Positions 24,949-36,554 of a stretch of DNA of 64,000 nt are shown here, in pieces. Numbering within the stretch: position 1 is the first letter of the stretch; each line of letters opens with the position of its first letter. A model generated the notes under the pieces. The model had not been told where the DNA came from, did not search any database, and saw only the letters and a list, made by a program, of their open reading frames with translations. Source of the DNA: Octopus sinensis (lineage: Eukaryota); contig NC_043008.1 in NCBI RefSeq assembly GCF_006345805.1, positions 37,386,001 through 37,450,000 of the forward strand, written 5' to 3'. Both the position numbers and the translations under genes were made by a program.

Positions 24949-26105
24949 CTGTGAAATGGGGTTACTTTGAACAGTTTTAGACTTCTTATTGCAATAATTT
25001 CATAACCTTTTTTTTCAATTTTAACTAAATTTGACTGTTATGGGGACTAAATAGGTAAACTGATGCATGAAATAAAGATAAGTTGCAGTCAATATTTGAT
25101 TACTTTTTTATATAATTGTTGCTGCTCAAAGTAACCCCAAATCAGAGGTTACTTTGAACGGTAATGTTTTTTTACTTATGTTCAAAATTACTCTTATTAC
25201 TCAATCCAAACTACAAGTTGATCTTTAAGAAAAAATAGAATATGATTTAAAGAATTAGACTTTGCAACAGAAAGAAAAACTGATTCTGGTTATCAAGCCA
25301 TAATAAAAAAAAAAAAATGAATTTGGGGTTACACCTCATTAATTCTAAGGGTGAAATATTGTCCATAAATAGGAAAAAACATTTAAAAATCTTAAATACC
25401 TAACTTATATTAGGCACTATTAGTTTGAACCATAGTAGCGGGATTACTTTGAATGGCACTCAAAGTAACCGTGCTGGATACTAAGAAGGGTTAGGGGACA
25501 TGTCATATTATGCAAGTTTTTACAAAGATACCAAAGTTATAAAAACACTTCAATAGAAAATTATTAACTAGTTATATTAACATCATATTTTAACAAAAGC
25601 TTGTATCTTTTATGCAAGAAGTGCTTTAGCTACTGACCAAAGCATTCATATCTCGCAAAAATGTTTGTTTTGCTGGAATTTGAAGAAGGTGACAAATTCT
25701 TTCTTTGAGTGGATAAGCAAAGTTATGTTTAGAAATTTTATTTTATGTATTGAAAGTATACTATCATAGAAATATAATTTTATAGTTTAACAACACATTT
25801 AAACAATTCTGTAAGAAATTTTAATAACAAGTAATAAGAGGAAACAAAATATTGGGTTGTCCGGAAAGTTCGTGCCAATTTTTAAAAGAAAGAAAAAGGT
25901 CAATAAATACTTGCCATTTTTAATCAACCAAATATGAACCATTGCACAATCTTTCCTTTAACTTGAAAATACCCTCTTCCCAGAATTGAGGTGCCTGGGA
26001 GGATAAGTCAAAAGGTAAGCTACTATAAATCGGCACGAACTTTCTGGACAACCCAATATATTTTGTTCAAAGTTACCCTGGTGTTAAAATAACCCCATTT
26101 CATGG
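24949..26105. mobile_element. Non-autonomous pogo-like element with TA TSD and subterminal ggttactttgaa repeats
   Basis: ta|ctgtgaaatggggttactttgaac ... aataaccccatttcatgg|ta; internal aaagtaacc/ggttacttt motifs. Confidence 0.65.
25850..26058. mobile_element. Mariner-type MITE nested in 24949-26105
   Basis: TIR tattgggttgtccggaaagttcgtgcc / ggcacgaactttctggacaacccaata. Confidence 0.9.
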
Positions 26106-26328
26106 TAACAGAACAAATAGTGAGGGATTATCAATCCAGGCAAAATTCATCATAAGCTCTCTGTTGGTACACCAAACTAACAATATTACTTAGATTAGCG
26201 AAGAACTCCAAGAAATCTTCTGGTAGGGTCCAAAGTTATGGTCCATCACAATTCTATATTGTAAATCTGTGGATGAGCTCCATATAAATTGGTTTTTACA
26301 GAGAGATGTAGAAGAGACAAGAAGTTCA

Positions 26329-26697
26329 AATAGTGGCCATTACATATAATTCCTCTACTACAGCAAATTTGGCTTACAGCTATTTCCAGTAGTCATTATA
26401 GGTAGGTATACTCAAAAAGGAAGGTTCCAATTGCTACCACCTCATCGTAACCTGCCTTTACCTTTCTACTTAAACATCCCAATCTTCTCTCACTTTCTCC
26501 ATACAATAGCCATTCTTGAAGTGCTCTGTTTGTTATTTTCAGCAATGGCTCTGATGAAGGTATTAATTTTTGTAGGTCATTCAATTTACCTCAATTGATA
26601 AAGAGACCAACTTAGCAAACTTATCTATTAAAACTACTGGAAACAGCTGTAAGCCAAATTTGCTATGATGAAGGAATTATATGTAATGGCTATTATT
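26329..26697. repeat. Inverted repeat (~65-bp arms) carrying a hammerhead motif
   Basis: aatagtggccattacatataattcc...ttccagtagt pairs with actactggaa...ggaattatatgtaatggctattatt. Confidence 0.8.
26546..26656 (+). ncRNA. Type-I hammerhead ribozyme motif with long loop II
   Basis: tggct-CTGATGA-a-ggta-(~70 nt)-tact-g-GAAAC-agct-GTA-agcca; stem I 5 bp, palindromic stem III ACAGCTGT. Confidence 0.65.
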
Positions 26698-26921
26698 TTA
26701 ATTTGTTTAAAATATAAATATATGAAGCATCAATTAGTAGGAAGCTAATTGCACCAAGTAGTAAGAAGCACAAGAGATTGCTTTCAGTGAGCAATCCTAC
26801 TGTAAACTTTCTGATGGGTAAATCCAGGTTCTCTTTGCTGGATTATGAACATTTTCAGGAGTGTGAATCAAAAACAATCACAAAGAATATGGAAATGGGT
26901 ACATCTTCAAATTTTAATTTT

Positions 26922-27117
26922 AAATATGGAAACTAGTATATCTTCAAATTTTTCTTTTAATTTTAACAGTTAATTATACAGCAGAATTGTTTAAGATGGC
27001 TGACATGTGTTTCTGCTGCAGAAAAAAAACATGTGTTAGTCATTTTAACAAATTATACTGTATAATTAACTATTAAAATTAAAAGAAAAAATTGAAGATA
27101 TACTAGTCTCCGTATTT
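26922..27117. repeat. ~195-bp palindrome
   Basis: atatggaaactagtatatcttcaa...catgtgtttctgc pairs with gcagaaa...ttgaagatatactagtctccgtat. Confidence 0.85.
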
Positions 27118-27150
27118 TTTGTAATTGTTTTGGTTTCATATTCCTGTATA

Positions 27151-27996
27151 TACAAAGTGGTATTAAAAGGCTCCCAGACTAATTATGTTTAATAAAAAAT
27201 AACTTGTTTATTTAAGTTTTAACATCATCTTCTTTTAAACAGTCACCTTGTGCAGCAATATGCTGGTCTCAGCATTCCTGCCACATTTGGAATCTGGCCT
27301 GGAAGTTGTTTTCAGCAAGTGGGTCGAGGACCTTCTGCGATTCTCTCTTGATCTTGGCAAAGGTATTAAAACAACTACCTTTGAGCTGCATTTTCGATTC
27401 GAGGAAGAGATGGAAGCCCACTGGCGCTAAATCTGGCAAATAGGGCAGATGCAGAAGTGATACCATGTTGTTTTTTTGTGAAACAGGGTTCACTGTCGTC
27501 ATAAGGAATCCAGATGTTAAGATTACCTACACAGACCCAAATAACGGACTAACAACACCAGCAGTGTTGTTGATTGTCTTCCAATGACCCTCCAGAACGT
27601 TTCTAGGGATGACACTCATGGCAGGTCTTCTAGATTGCTCATCGTCTTCGAGGGACGTTCTTCCACTTTTGAAGCAAGTGTTCCTCTCGAAACTTTGTAT
27701 ACGACCCATTACCTCATTGCTGTAAGCTTGTCAAAGCATGATCAATGTTACTGTAGCAGACTGCTCAAGTTTGACACAAAATTTCGCTTTGGCTCTTTGT
27801 TCCTGTACATGACAAAATTGCAGACTGCAACATGTACATTATCACAAAAGCACAAACTTGTGAAATAAACACAGCAACATCTATCGGCATACTGTCTCAT
27901 GAAGGTTACTGTTAGCTCTCACTGCATGCAACCACATGCTGCTGTCTGTTGGCGTGCTACAGAACTAGTCCAAGAGCCTTTTGATACCACCTCATA
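27151..27996 (-). mobile_element. Internally deleted mariner element with both TIRs
   Basis: TIRs tacaaagtggtattaaaaggctcccagacta / tagtccaagagccttttgataccacctcata; encodes FKSGRTSLEDDEQSRRP and LHLPYLPDLAP (YSPDLAP motif). Confidence 0.9.
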
Positions 27997-28021
27997 AATC
28001 TATGTATATATACATATATCA

Positions 28022-28197
28022 TCGTGATGATGTTTTCCATGTTGGCATAAGTTGGATGGTTTGACAGGAGCTGACAAGCTGAAGATCTGCACCAGGCTCT
28101 AATTGTTTGTCTTGGCATGGCTTCTATGGTTGGACGCTCTTCCTAACACCAACCACTTTAAAGAGTGTATTGGGTGCTTTTTATGTGGCACCAGCAC
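28022..28197 (-). mobile_element. RTE-tail SINE (family C)
   Basis: Reverse complement of the 10808 family with (ATG)n tail. Confidence 0.8.
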
Positions 28198-29089
28198 ATA
28201 TATATATATATATATGTATACATAGACCACACAGACACACATATACATATATGTACATATGCATATACATCTATTATATAAATCCTGTTCTGTCTGTGTA
28301 TGTGTAAAAGATTATAGCAGCTAAATTTTGTAACTGATTGTGCTACAATTTTACACATAGGTAAAAGACATCACAGTGGGAGCCTCAGTTAAATTTCATG
28401 AAAGAACATATGTGATTGCAGTAAAAATCGATATAATTCTAGAATGAATGGTAATCGAACATGTGCATCCAGGCATTTCATTCTGCATTTAATAGATAAG
28501 CTGGCACAAAAGAGTAAGAAGACAAGGCAATTATTTTAAATAAGTAGAAACGAAATAAAATATTAACTTTAACGAAAAAATGGCACTAATTGGCGATCAA
28601 TCAACTTTGTGAATATTTTCTCACAGCAAAATTCAATTGACAATAGAAAACGGCAAATTAATTGGTAATTGAACGTGGAAATTTGGGTGACAAATATATA
28701 AAACTTTAGCTAACAGTTTCTTATATAAGACAAAAAATGAGCTGTATTTTTCGACTTTTGCGTGACTCACTTGATTTGATATGTACATGCCCATTATTTA
28801 TTCTTTAATTCCAATTCATGAGGAAGGAATATTAGTATCAACATTTCAAATTATGAGCTATTTTTTATCAGTAAGCATAATCGAACAATATTTTAGCAAA
28901 TTCTTCTTATCATTTTTATGAATTTTACAGATCAAATTCATCAGTTACATTCTAAAAAAAAGCACTATTTGGTCGGTTCTGGTAGCTTATTCATCCACAA
29001 ATTTTGCTTCTTTATTGATCAACGTCACATATTGCCAAACTCTATATTCCATTTGAAGTTTTCCGGTTTGCATTCAATAACAGATTTTT

Positions 29090-30843
29090 GATAGGATGCC
29101 TCGAAAAAGCAAGAGTCACATTGGCAGGAAAACAAAGAATGCTTCTATTTTGCATTCCTTGTGGGCAAACGAGAGAGAACAATGTGTACTTTGGCATGCT
29201 CACAATGCTGCTTCTTCTGCAGTCACCAGAGAATCACAGACAGCTCAGCAAACAGATCTCTGACATGCTCCTGATGCTGCCTCTACTTCAAATCGCTGTG
29301 CTTTAGAGACTGTTGAACAAAGGGCCACAAGGCTTGGGGCTGATTCTCAACGTAAAATGCATTATCATGTCTTTTAGAGGTTTTCTTCTTGTTGCTGGTC
29401 TAACAAAGCCTTTCATTACAGCTCCCATGAGGACTATGCATCACACCCACATGTCATCATTGGCAACATGTCTACAGTTTGCGTCTGTTGTAATGCAATG
29501 GGGTGACCAGCAGAATCTACCAGTATATGCTGCTCCAATGGAACAGTTAGCATGCCTCATTTACATGTCGGTGCTGAACCTTTGAAGTCCCTGCTGCTTG
29601 GAGACCATCCAGATTCTAAACACTTTCTTTGGAATATAAGAGCCTACAGTTCCACCTTCTAAATAACAAGCTTTGGTCATACACCAATAAGAAATGGAAA
29701 TTATCTGTCCACCTTCAAAGTACAAGGCCAAATTTACCACCAAATTGGCTCCCTTATTCCACAAGATGGTGATGAATACAGCTTTCTCCAGATTTACTTT
29801 ATGGGGAATGGACCTGAGGAAATGGCATGAACTTCAGTTGCTACAGGAACATGACCATCTCTTCTGCAGCCCCTTCAGTATATGCTTCATACCATAAACC
29901 CCTATGAAACCATTTTCAAAACTGTTCTTCATGGTAGAGATGCTAGCACCAATCAGCTTAAGTTGACCACACTCTACCAGGGCAGCATCAGAGTTGCTTT
30001 AACAAACCCCAAACCGACGAAGTTGTGGTGCTTATAACAAGTCTCAATGAGTGTGCTTCAAACTGTGATATTGTTCTTGAATGGCAAGACTCACACCTTC
30101 AAAAAATAAATGAACTTCATCCTGCATACGATGCCCTCCAATATCCATTACTGTTTACCTATGTTGACGATGGCTACGGCATTGACTTGCCAAAGTTTAA
30201 TCCGGAAAGGTTAATGCATTTTCAAACACAGAAAACCATTTCACAAATGTAATTTTATGGGTTTTGACTTATGGTTCACAACAACGACATCAACATTCTT
30301 CATAGAACATGAGTACTCCTCAATCAATACCATGAAAACGTATTTGCTAAGGCAGATGTTTTTTATATTATGATTTTTTTCAGGAAATTTCCTTAGCCAG
30401 GTCACTAACTATTTACTCCACACATTTCTTCCCTTTCCAGATAGACACTGAATGCCTCCAATGGATAATACACCACCAAATGTTATTGCGTACAGAAGAA
30501 TATGGCAATCTTCATGACATAATGAACCTAAATGATCAGGTTGTTGCTTCAAATATTGGATGTTCTGTCATTCTCCCATCATCATACACTGGAGGCCCCA
30601 GCACATGCTCTCACTTATGTCCACCACTGTGGCTGTCCAGATTTTTTCATCACCTTCATTTGTAATCTAAAATGGGTTGACATCCAGTTTCATTTACTTC
30701 ATGGTCAAAATCCTCCAGATAGGCATGATATCATATTTAGAGTGTTTCATCTGAAGCTAATAAAAATGATGGATGTTATAAAACACGGATATATTTTTGG
30801 ACCATCAAGCTCTTTCATGTACACTGTAGAATGGCAGAAGAAG
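29090..30843 (+). pseudogene. Decayed Helitron Rep/helicase N-terminal and Rep region
   Basis: Frameshifted FKVQGQIYHQIGSL, HPAYDALQYPLLF, PSSYTGGP, PDFFITFICNLKW, DRHDIIFRVFHLKL, YTVEWQKK; ends just before the HUH motif. Confidence 0.9.
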
Positions 30844-31440
30844 GTCTTGGTCACTAGTCATTGCTTCTGTGAGGCCCAAAGTTCAGAGATCATGCTTCAT
30901 TACCTCACCCCATGTTGTCCCAAGCCTACCTCTACCACAGGTTCCCTCCACAGTTTGGCACTTCTTTATACAGCTGTCCTTGTTCATATGCATCACATGA
31001 CCATACCAATACATTTGTCTCTCTTGCACACCAGATCTAATGCCTCTTATGCCTAACTTTTCTTTCAAGATGCTTACACAAGATTCACACTGACATTGCC
31101 CACCCTCTGAAGCATACTGGCTTTATTTCTTTGAAGCCTACGCGTGTCCTCAGCTGTCACATCCCTTGTTTCACTGCCATGTAGCATAGCTGTTTGCACA
31201 TAGGCATCATACAATCTACCTTCACTCTGAGAGAGAGGCCCTTTGTTGCCAGTAGAGGCAGGAGCTCTCTAAACTTTGCCCTGCCTAATCTTATTCTGAC
31301 ATCTATGCTCTCAGAGCTTCCATCTCCACAACTAACTTGAATATTTTATCCAGTCATAGAGACCATGCCAAAGGGGACACTGGAGTTTGATGCAAGCCTG
31401 CAGCTCATTGGTTCCCTGTCAAACCATCTGACCCATGGAA
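30841..31440 (-). pseudogene. RTE LINE RT C-terminal fragment abutting the Helitron
   Basis: Homologous to 35648-36391 (ERQMYWYGHVMHM...GRGRLGTTWGEV). Confidence 0.9.
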
Positions 31441-31559
31441 AGCAGACATCAAATGATAGTGATGATGATGATATATCATATGTATGTATGTACGTATGTA
31501 TGTATGTTTGTATGTATGTATATATGTATGTATGTATGTATGTATCTATCTATCTAACT

Positions 31560-31712
31560 ATGACTGGCTTCTTTCAATTTCCATCTACCAACAAAATTCA
31601 CACACAAGGCTTTGGTCATTGCAGTACTATTGTAGGTACCACACAGAAGTACTGAACTCAGAAACAAGATTTTGGGAAGCAAACTTCTCACCATACTGCC
31701 ATGCTTTATAAA
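31560..31712 (-). mobile_element. SINE family A 5' half
   Basis: Reverse complement of head and core. Confidence 0.65.
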
Positions 31713-31924
31713 CCTGTCCAACCCACTGTGACATGTAGACTAAGATATAAAAGTAGATTGAAATGATGATGATGATATTGACAACGACGATGATGATGAT
31801 GATGAGGACGATAATGTTGAGGGACTTCAGCTAATTATTTTGAGGCTGAATGAGTTAAAATATTTGATTTTTTTTTCTGGAATACAGCAGGAAATAATCC
31901 GAAGACTTTAGTGATAAGTATTCG

Positions 31925-31965
<41 letters not shown>

Positions 31966-32634
31966 TAATTAGTAATAATGACAATGATAACAGCAACATC
32001 ACCACCACCACCACTAACAACAACAACAACTGCAGCATTTTACTAGATTAAAGTTTCAATTTTTGTGACCAATTCCGTATGCAAAGCTTGAATTCTATGT
32101 TCGAAAGACTCAAATTGAAATTTATAACTTAGATAATTCTGCCTTGATGTATTTTCTATAGAAACTATTCTGACAAACGCCTAAATTATTCACATCTAAC
32201 TTCTACTCTACAACTCAGCTAAAACCATGAAAAGCCCATCCCAGATATTTGCAACATAATTAGCATTTCTTCGGTAACTGCTACTATTACTGTTTCATAT
32301 TATTATTATTATTATTATTATTGTTGTTGTTGTTATTGTTATTGTTGTTGTTGCTGTTGTTGTTTTCATTATACTGTTGTAATCAAATTTCAGTGTAAAT
32401 GACTAAAAACCACAGTTTCAGTTATCTAATATTAGATGTAGTACTTCAGTACTAATTTCTCCTTTAGATTTACGCTCACATTTCAGTCTGTTCCAATAAA
32501 CTGCAAGTGATTAAAGCCGAGATGTTAACATAACCATAAAATATACATACCTGTAATAATCAGGAAACAAATAACTAACTGACAATGGATGTTTTTATCC
32601 TTCCAGCAATTTGTTTTCCCCCTCTCCCTGCCCA

Positions 32635-32772
32635 CCAATGCAACCACCAACACCCACACCTCCACTGCCGGCACTCTCACCTCCACCACCATTGCCACCA
32701 CCACCACCGCTGCCACCACCACCGTCGCCTCCATCACCACCACCACTGCCGCCACCACTACCACCACCAAGC
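32635..32772. repeat. GC-rich (CCA)n/(CCG)n simple repeat
   Basis: Direct. Confidence 0.9.
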
Positions 32773-32807
32773 AGTAATAATCTTATTATCTTCAAGGGGC
32801 TTGCAGC

Positions 32808-32865
<58 letters not shown>

Positions 32866-32890
32866 CATATATATACATATCAGAACGCCA

Positions 32891-33071
32891 TGATAGATCG
32901 TTAGCTCCTACACGCATTTTTTTCTCTCCTTGTTTTTTTCTGTGTATCTTTCTGTCAAAGAGCATAGGCTCGAAACGTAAAAGACGTTTTCTATTCCTGA
33001 GCGCTATACTAATACATTTTTGTTTGTACTCCACCTGCCTTCGTCTTTTGTTTATTTTCGTAAACTTTCCC
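32891..33071 (+). mobile_element. ~180-bp HHR-bearing monomer, same family as 36878-37503
   Basis: Inverted homolog of the three tandem copies; motif tcttt-CTGTCAA-a-gagc-atag-gctc-GAAAC-GT-A-aaaga at 32947-32984. Confidence 0.8.
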
Positions 33072-33254
33072 TTTATATATACATCATCATCATCATCATC
33101 ATCATCATTTAACGTCCGCTTTCCATGCTAGCATGGGTTGGACGGTTCAACTGGGGTCTGGGGAGCCCGAAAGCTGCACCAGTCCAGTCAGATCTGGCAG
33201 TGTTTCTACAGCTGGATGCCCTTCCTAACGCCAACCACTCCGAGAGTGTAGTGG

Positions 33255-35660
33255 GTGATTTTATGTGCCACCGACACAGGTGCCAGACGAGGCTGACAAA
33301 CGGCCACGCTCGGATGGTGTTTTTTATGTGCCACCGACACAGGTGCCAGACGAGGCTGGCAGACGGCCACGCTCGGATGGTGTTTTTATGTGCCACCGAC
33401 ACAGGTGCCAGACGAGGCTGGCAGACGGCCACGCTCGGATGGTGTTTTTATGTGCCACCGACACAGGTGCCAGATGAGGCTGGCAAACGGCCACGATCGG
33501 ATGGTGCTTGTTACGTGCCCACAGCACGGAGGCCAGTCGATGCGGTACTGGCTACGGCCACGTTCGGATGGTTTTCTTATGTGCCACGTGCCACCGGCAC
33601 TGGTACCACAAAGATACAAATTCCATTGATGTTCATCTATTTTGATTTGTTTTGATTTGATTTTCACTTGCCTCAACAGGTCTTCACAAGTGTCACAAGA
33701 AGGAAGGTATGCACAGGTGGACTGACTACGTCCCAGGTAGGGGCCATGGGTTATGGCCTGACTAGTCTTGCCGGGTCTTTGGATGGTGTTTTTATGTGCC
33801 ACCGACACAGGTGCTAGATGAGGCTGGCGAACGGCCACGATCGGATGGTGTTTGTCATGTGCCCACCGCACTGACTACGGCACTGATGGATTTCTTGTGT
33901 GCCACAGGCACTGGTACCACAAGATACAAATTCCATTGATGTTCATCTATTTTGTCTATTTTGATTTGATTTTCACTTGCCTCAACCGGTCTTCACAAGT
34001 GTCACAAGAAGGAAGGAAGGTATGCACAGGTGGACTGACTAGTCTTGCCGGGTCTTCAGAAGGTGTTTTTTATGTGCCACCGACACAGGTGCCAGATGAG
34101 GCTGGCGAACGGCCATGATCGGATGGTGTTTGTTACGTGCCCACAGCACGGAGGCCGGTCGATGCGGAACTGGCTACGGCCACGTTCGGATGGTTCTCAT
34201 GTGTGCCACCGGCACTGGTACCACAAAGTGTGTGCCACCGGCACTGGTACCACAAAGATACAGATTCCATTGATGTTCATCTATTTTGATTTGTTTTGAT
34301 TTGATTTTCACTTGCCTCAACAGGTCTTCACAAGTGTCACAAGAAGGAAGGTATGCACAGGTGGACTGACTACGTCCCAGGTAGGGGCCATGGGTTATGG
34401 CCTGACTAGTCTTGCCGGGTCTTCGGATGGTGTTTTTATGTGCCACCGACACAGGTGCTAGATGAGGCTGGCGAACGGCCACGATCGGATGGTGTTTGTC
34501 ATGTGCCCACAGAATGGAGGCCAGTCGATGCGGTACTGGCTACGGCCACTTTCGGATGGTTTTCTCTTGTGTGCCACCGGCACTGGTACCACAAAGATAC
34601 AAATTCCATTGATGTTCATCTATTTTGATTTGTTTTGATTTGATTTTGATTTTGATTTTCACTTGCCTCAACAGGCCTTTGATTTTCACTTGCCTCAACA
34701 GGCCTTCACAAGTATCACAAGGAGGAAGGTATGCACAGGTGGACTGACTACGTCCCAGGTAGGGGCCATGGTTTATGGCCTGACTAGTCTTGCCGGGTCT
34801 TCGGAAGGTGTTTTTATGTGCCACCGACACAGGTGCTAGATGAGGCTGGCGAACGGCCACGTGCCCACAGCACGATGGCCAGTGATGCGGTACTGACTAC
34901 GGCCATGTTCGGATGGACTCTTGTGTGCCACCGGCACTGGTACCACAAGCGGTACTGACTACTTTTTATGTGCCACCGACACAGGTGCTAGATGAGGCTG
35001 GCGAACGGCCACGACCGGATGGTGTTTGTTATGTGCCCACAGCACGATGGCCAGTGATGCGGTACTGACTACGGCCACGATCGGATGGATTCTTGTGTGC
35101 CACCGCACTGGTACCACAAGCGGTACTGACTACGGCCACGTTCGGATGGATTCTTGTGTGCCACCGGCACTGGTACCACAAGCGGTACTGACTACGGCCA
35201 CGTTCGGATGGATTCTTGTGTGCCACTGGCACTGGTACCACAAGGATACAAATTCCATTGATGTTCATCTATTTTGATTGTTTTGATTTGATTGATTTTC
35301 ACTTGCCTCAGCAGGTCTTCACAAGTCGGAAGGTATGTACAGGTGGACTGACTACGTCCCAGGTAGGGCCCACGGGTTATGACCTGACTAGTCTTGCCGG
35401 GTCTTCGGATGGTGTTTTTATGTGCCACCATGTTCCCACAGCACGGAGGCCAGTCGAAGCGGTACTGGCTACGGCCACGTTCGGATGGTTTTCTTGTGTG
35501 CCACAGGCACTGGTACCACAAAGATACAAATTCCATTGATGTTCATCTATTTTTATTGATTTTCACTTGCCTCAGCAGGTCTTCACAAGTGTCCCAAGAA
35601 GGAAGGTATGCACAGGTGGATCGACTACGTCCCAGGATATGGCCTGACTAGTCCTGCCGG
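33255..35660. repeat. Complex higher-order satellite of RTE 3' UTR modules
   Basis: ~58-bp unit tttttatgtgccaccgacacaggtg...ggatggtg x4, then 6 copies of a gttcatctatttt-containing block. Confidence 0.9.
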
Positions 35661-36391
35661 GTCCTCTCATGCACAGCACACTTCCATAGGACTCGGTCTT
35701 CAGTCATTTCCTTGGTGAGACCTAAAGTTCGAAGGTCGTGCTTCACCACCTCGTCCCAGGTTTTCCTGGGTCTACCTCTTCCACAGGTTCCCTCAACTGC
35801 TAGGTTGTAGCACTTTTGCACACAACTATCTTCAGCCATTCTCGTCACATGGCCATACCAGCGCAGCCGTCTCTCTTGCACACCACAACTGACACTTCTT
35901 AGGTTCAACTTTTCTCTCAAAGTACTTACACTCTGACGATTATGAACACTGACATTACACATCCATCGGAGCATACTGGCTTCATTTCTTGCAAGCTTAC
36001 GCATATCCTCAGCTGTCACGGCCCATGTTTCACTACCATGTAGCATGGCTGTACGTACACACGCATCATATAGTCTGCCTTTTACTCTTAGCGAGAGACC
36101 TTTTGTCACCAGCAGGGGTAAGAGCTCTCTAAACTTTGCCCAGGCTATTCTTACTCTAGCAGTTACACTTTCAGCACACCCACCCCCGCTACTGACTTGG
36201 TCTCCTAGGTAGCGGAAGCTATCAACTACTTCTAGTTTGTCTCCCTGGAACGTGGTAGAAGTTGGACTCTGCACATTTCCAGTGTTTATTTCTCCTGAGC
36301 ATCTGCCACAGACAAAAACTATTTTCTTAGTTAGCCTTCCTTTGACATTGCTGCACCTCTTATGTGTCCATAGCTTACACTTGGTGCACAC
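35648..36391 (-). CDS. RTE LINE RT C-terminal half, uninterrupted 247 aa, with a Cys/His PHD-like cluster
   Basis: CTKCKLWTHKRC...VCGRC; VDSFRYLGD; LHGSETW; RLRWYGHV; GRGRPRKTW. Confidence 0.9.
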   Translation of the reverse strand: MCTKCKLWTHKRCSNVKGRLTKKIVFVCGRCSGEINTGNVQSPTSTTFQGDKLEVVDSFRYLGDQVSSGGGCAESVTARVRIAWAKFRELLPLLVTKGLSLRVKGRLYDACVRTAMLHGSETWAVTAEDMRKLARNEASMLRWMCNVSVHNRQSVSTLREKLNLRSVSCGVQERRLRWYGHVTRMAEDSCVQKCYNLAVEGTCGRGRPRKTWDEVVKHDLRTLGLTKEMTEDRVLWKCAVHERTRQD

Positions 36392-36406
36392 ATATATATA
36401 TATATG

Positions 36407-36465
<59 letters not shown>

Positions 36466-36508
36466 TATTTACATTTGATGGATATTTGTCCTCATCTTGT
36501 TTGTTGTT

Positions 36509-36554
36509 AACACAATGTTTCAGCTGATATACGATCCAGCCTTCATCAGGTGTC
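36509..36554 (-). ncRNA. Minimal hammerhead motif (PLE remnant next to a TA tract)
   Basis: gacac-CTGATGA-a-ggctg-gatcgtatat-cagct-GAAAC-aT-T-gtgtt; one stem III mismatch. Confidence 0.6.

Larger units (their letters stand above)
33083..36391 (-). mobile_element. 5'-truncated RTE LINE with tandemly amplified 3' UTR and (ATG)n tail
   Basis: RT ORF at 35648-36391 runs into the repeated UTR and ends gcatggaaagcggacgttaaatgatgatg; TA tracts on both flanks. Confidence 0.9.

Noticed and set aside
32585-32904. Poly-Pro/Gly/His/Thr ORFs
   Set aside because: Simple (CCA)n repeat with no splice context
33255-33500. CRISPR-like regularly spaced repeats
   Set aside because: Units are contiguous tandem copies with no unique spacers and no cas genes, and they derive from the RTE 3' UTR
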